Notes under the pieces: generated by a model
Databases searched by the model: none
What the model saw: the letters and a program-made list of their open reading frames with translations, nothing else
Told to the model about the DNA's origin: nothing
Source of the DNA: Squalus acanthias
Taxonomy: Eukaryota
NCBI GenBank assembly: GCA_030390025.1
Contig: CM059432.1
Location: forward strand, 146,942,001 to 147,006,000
Direction: 5' to 3'
DNA: 64,000 nucleotides
Part shown: positions 61,971-64,000 of the stretch, piece after piece
Position numbering within the stretch: the stretch's first letter is position 1
Layout: each line of letters opens with the position of its first letter
Made by a program: the position numbers and the translations under genes

Positions 61971-62887
61971 TCAATGGAAAATTAAATGACGTGTCACAAA
62001 AATTCTGAAAGCCTTTGGTGAGCTTTAAAACAAATCACAACTCATTAGCAATATTTTCCAAGGCAGACGGGGCTGGGGACTAAGAAAGACAAAAATGAAG
62101 GGCAGCAAACCCAAGGTGGAGGCGCGTGAGTCTGCAGGCGAGTAATGGAGTACTTGACCTCTGTTTGATGGCTGCTGATATGGAGGTAGTGCTGCGCGAA
62201 GTGGTTGCAAAGTATTGAATGGCACCATCCACATGGATCAACATTGCAACATGCCTGCAAGGAATTGCAGATGAATTTTAGGCTACCACTGAGTGTTACT
62301 GTTACAGGATGTGCCAGCTCTATGTCCTTGTAGCAAATGGCATGGATCTGTATCTGACTCTCTACTCACCCAGACCCTCTAAAAACAGTGCCCCACAGAT
62401 ATTGCCACATAGGGTGCCAGGTCCTGCGGTAGTGACCAGTGGCATATTGGTGAGTATAGCCAATGGGAAAACTGACATGCTTTCTTACAATGCACCTGAA
62501 AGTATGACATTCTGTTAGGGGGGTGCTTCTGAGGAAGCATCCAACAGTCAGCCAGGCATTTACAGATGCTTTTAGGTGTGCTGTTCCTGCTTCTGCCTCT
62601 GCATGGACTAATCGTCTGCCAAAGTGAGATGGTCACAGCAGGTGGGCACAGAGCATGTTTCATCAAGCCGGACTTGCTAGGTATACCTCCATACATCCGT
62701 CTCTTTTCCTAAATAGGTTGGAAAGCCTACGGGTGCCAGTAATGCTGCTGGGGATGGGGGGAATTTGAACAATTGGCACAAAGACTCATGTAAACCTAGG
62801 CATAGCAGAAAGAAAAACAAGACAAGGGTGGCCAGAAGTAAATGGAGAACTAGCAGAACGGAATGGAACGGAACTCTCGCTCATATT

Positions 62888-63392
62888 CATAGAAACATAG
62901 AAGATAGGAGCAGGAGTAGGCCATTCGGCCCCTCGAGCCTGCTCTGCCATTCAATGCGATCATGGCTGATCATCCAAATTCAGTACCCTGTCCCTGCTTT
63001 CTCCCCATATCCCTTGATCCCTTTAGCCTTAGAAATAGATCCAACTCCTTCTTGAATATATTTAATGAATTGGCCTCAACTGCCTTGTGTGGTAGAGAAT
63101 TCCACAGGTTCACCACTCTCTGGGTGAAGAAATTCCTCCTCATCTCAGTCCTAAATGGCTTACCCCTTATCCTTAGACTGTGACCCCTGGTTCTGGACTC
63201 CCCGGCCATCGGGAACATCCTTCCTGCATCTAGTCTGTCTAGTCCTGTTAGAATTTTATAAGTTTCAATGAGATCCCCTCTCATTCTTCTAAATTCTAGC
63301 GAATATAAGCCTAATCAACCCAATCTCTCTTCATATGTCATTCCTGCCATCCCAGGTATCAGTCTGGTGAATCTTCACTGCACTCCCTCCAT
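62888..63392 (-). mobile_element. CR1 LINE 3' fragment ending ~100 bp before a PDE1C exon
   Basis: ORF 62970-63284 MRGDLIETYKILTGLDRLDAGRMFP...; catagaaacatag tail. Confidence 0.9.
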
Positions 63393-63490
63393 TGCAATGG
63401 TGGGCTGGCTGCAAGAAATCCCAGCCTTGTAAACCAATGATGAAAGTCAATCAGTCATCATGGAACAGCATCTTGTGCTTTGTTTTACAG

Positions 63491-63607
63491 AGTGTAGATA
63501 AATGGACCTTCAACGTATTTGCACTGAATGAGGCCAGTGGAGAACACGCACTCAAATTCATTGTTTACGAACTTTTCACCAGATATGACCTCATCAGTCG
63601 TTTCAAG
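63491..63607 (+). CDS. PDE1C: PDE1C-like coding exon (start of catalytic domain)
   Basis: tgttttacAG acceptor, GTgagt donor, 117 bp, phase 0/0. SVDKWTFNVFALNEASGEHALKFIVYELFTRYDLISRFK. Confidence 0.94.
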
Positions 63608-64000
63608 GTGAGTGGCTGACTCCTCTGTCTGCTTGAATATGCAATTATTTACACGCATCAGTGCTTTACATGTTGCAGTGTAAAATGTAGAAAAGCCCAA
63701 CCCTTCTGTTACAGCATTTAAAAAATATATATTGTACTAGTTGATCCCCCGTTGCACACGGGAAGCCAAGACCAAGTGTAGTCTTCAGATGAAGCGAGGT
63801 TAGAAGGCGAGGGATAATTGGACCAGGACATGCAGACATAATTCACTCCCCATTTTAAAGTCATAGGGGTTGAATATCCGTGGGGTTCTCCCAATTGTCC
63901 ACAGTAACTTCAGCAGAAGATCAGTGGAATCTCTGAAAAACAGCGTAAATAATACACACGCTGTATGTCTGTGGTTTCCCCCGAGCTTCAACTGAATTTA

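Noticed and set aside
176..63183. Many 60-220 aa ORFs antisense to LINE ORFs (e.g. 176-454, 1960-2253, 22602-23024, 39294-39719, 46178-46849)
   Set aside because: Shadow frames that recur with each repeat copy; no independent coding signal.

Overview
Eukaryotic (vertebrate, most likely cartilaginous-fish/shark) genomic DNA made up almost entirely of transposon-rich intron. The only host gene is a calcium/calmodulin-dependent cyclic-nucleotide phosphodiesterase (PDE1C-like) on the + strand. Four GT-AG coding exons with matching phases are readable (40955-41068, 54618-54800, 58401-58467, 63491-63607), two of them absent from the ORF track. Nearly all other ORF-track entries are pieces of decayed mobile elements or their antisense shadows. 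The elements are CR1-group LINEs (two retaining an SGNH-esterase ORF1), L2, RTE and Zenon/Crack-like LINEs, tRNA-derived Deu-domain SINEs, two Penelope-like element (PLE) families, a hAT/Charlie remnant, and at least ten PIF/Harbinger derivatives or MITEs. The most notable unannotated structures are minimal dimer-type hammerhead ribozyme motifs in both PLE families (one on each side of a PDE1C exon), three fold-back PLE insertions with 12-15 bp target-site duplications, two-gene Harbinger remnants including one nested in another, a 38-bp minisatellite with a 3-unit higher-order pattern, and a unique CpG-rich promoter-like patch. Repeat family names come from recalled motifs, not database searches, and repeat boundaries are approximate unless TIRs or TSDs are given. 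I found no convincing wholly new biological system.
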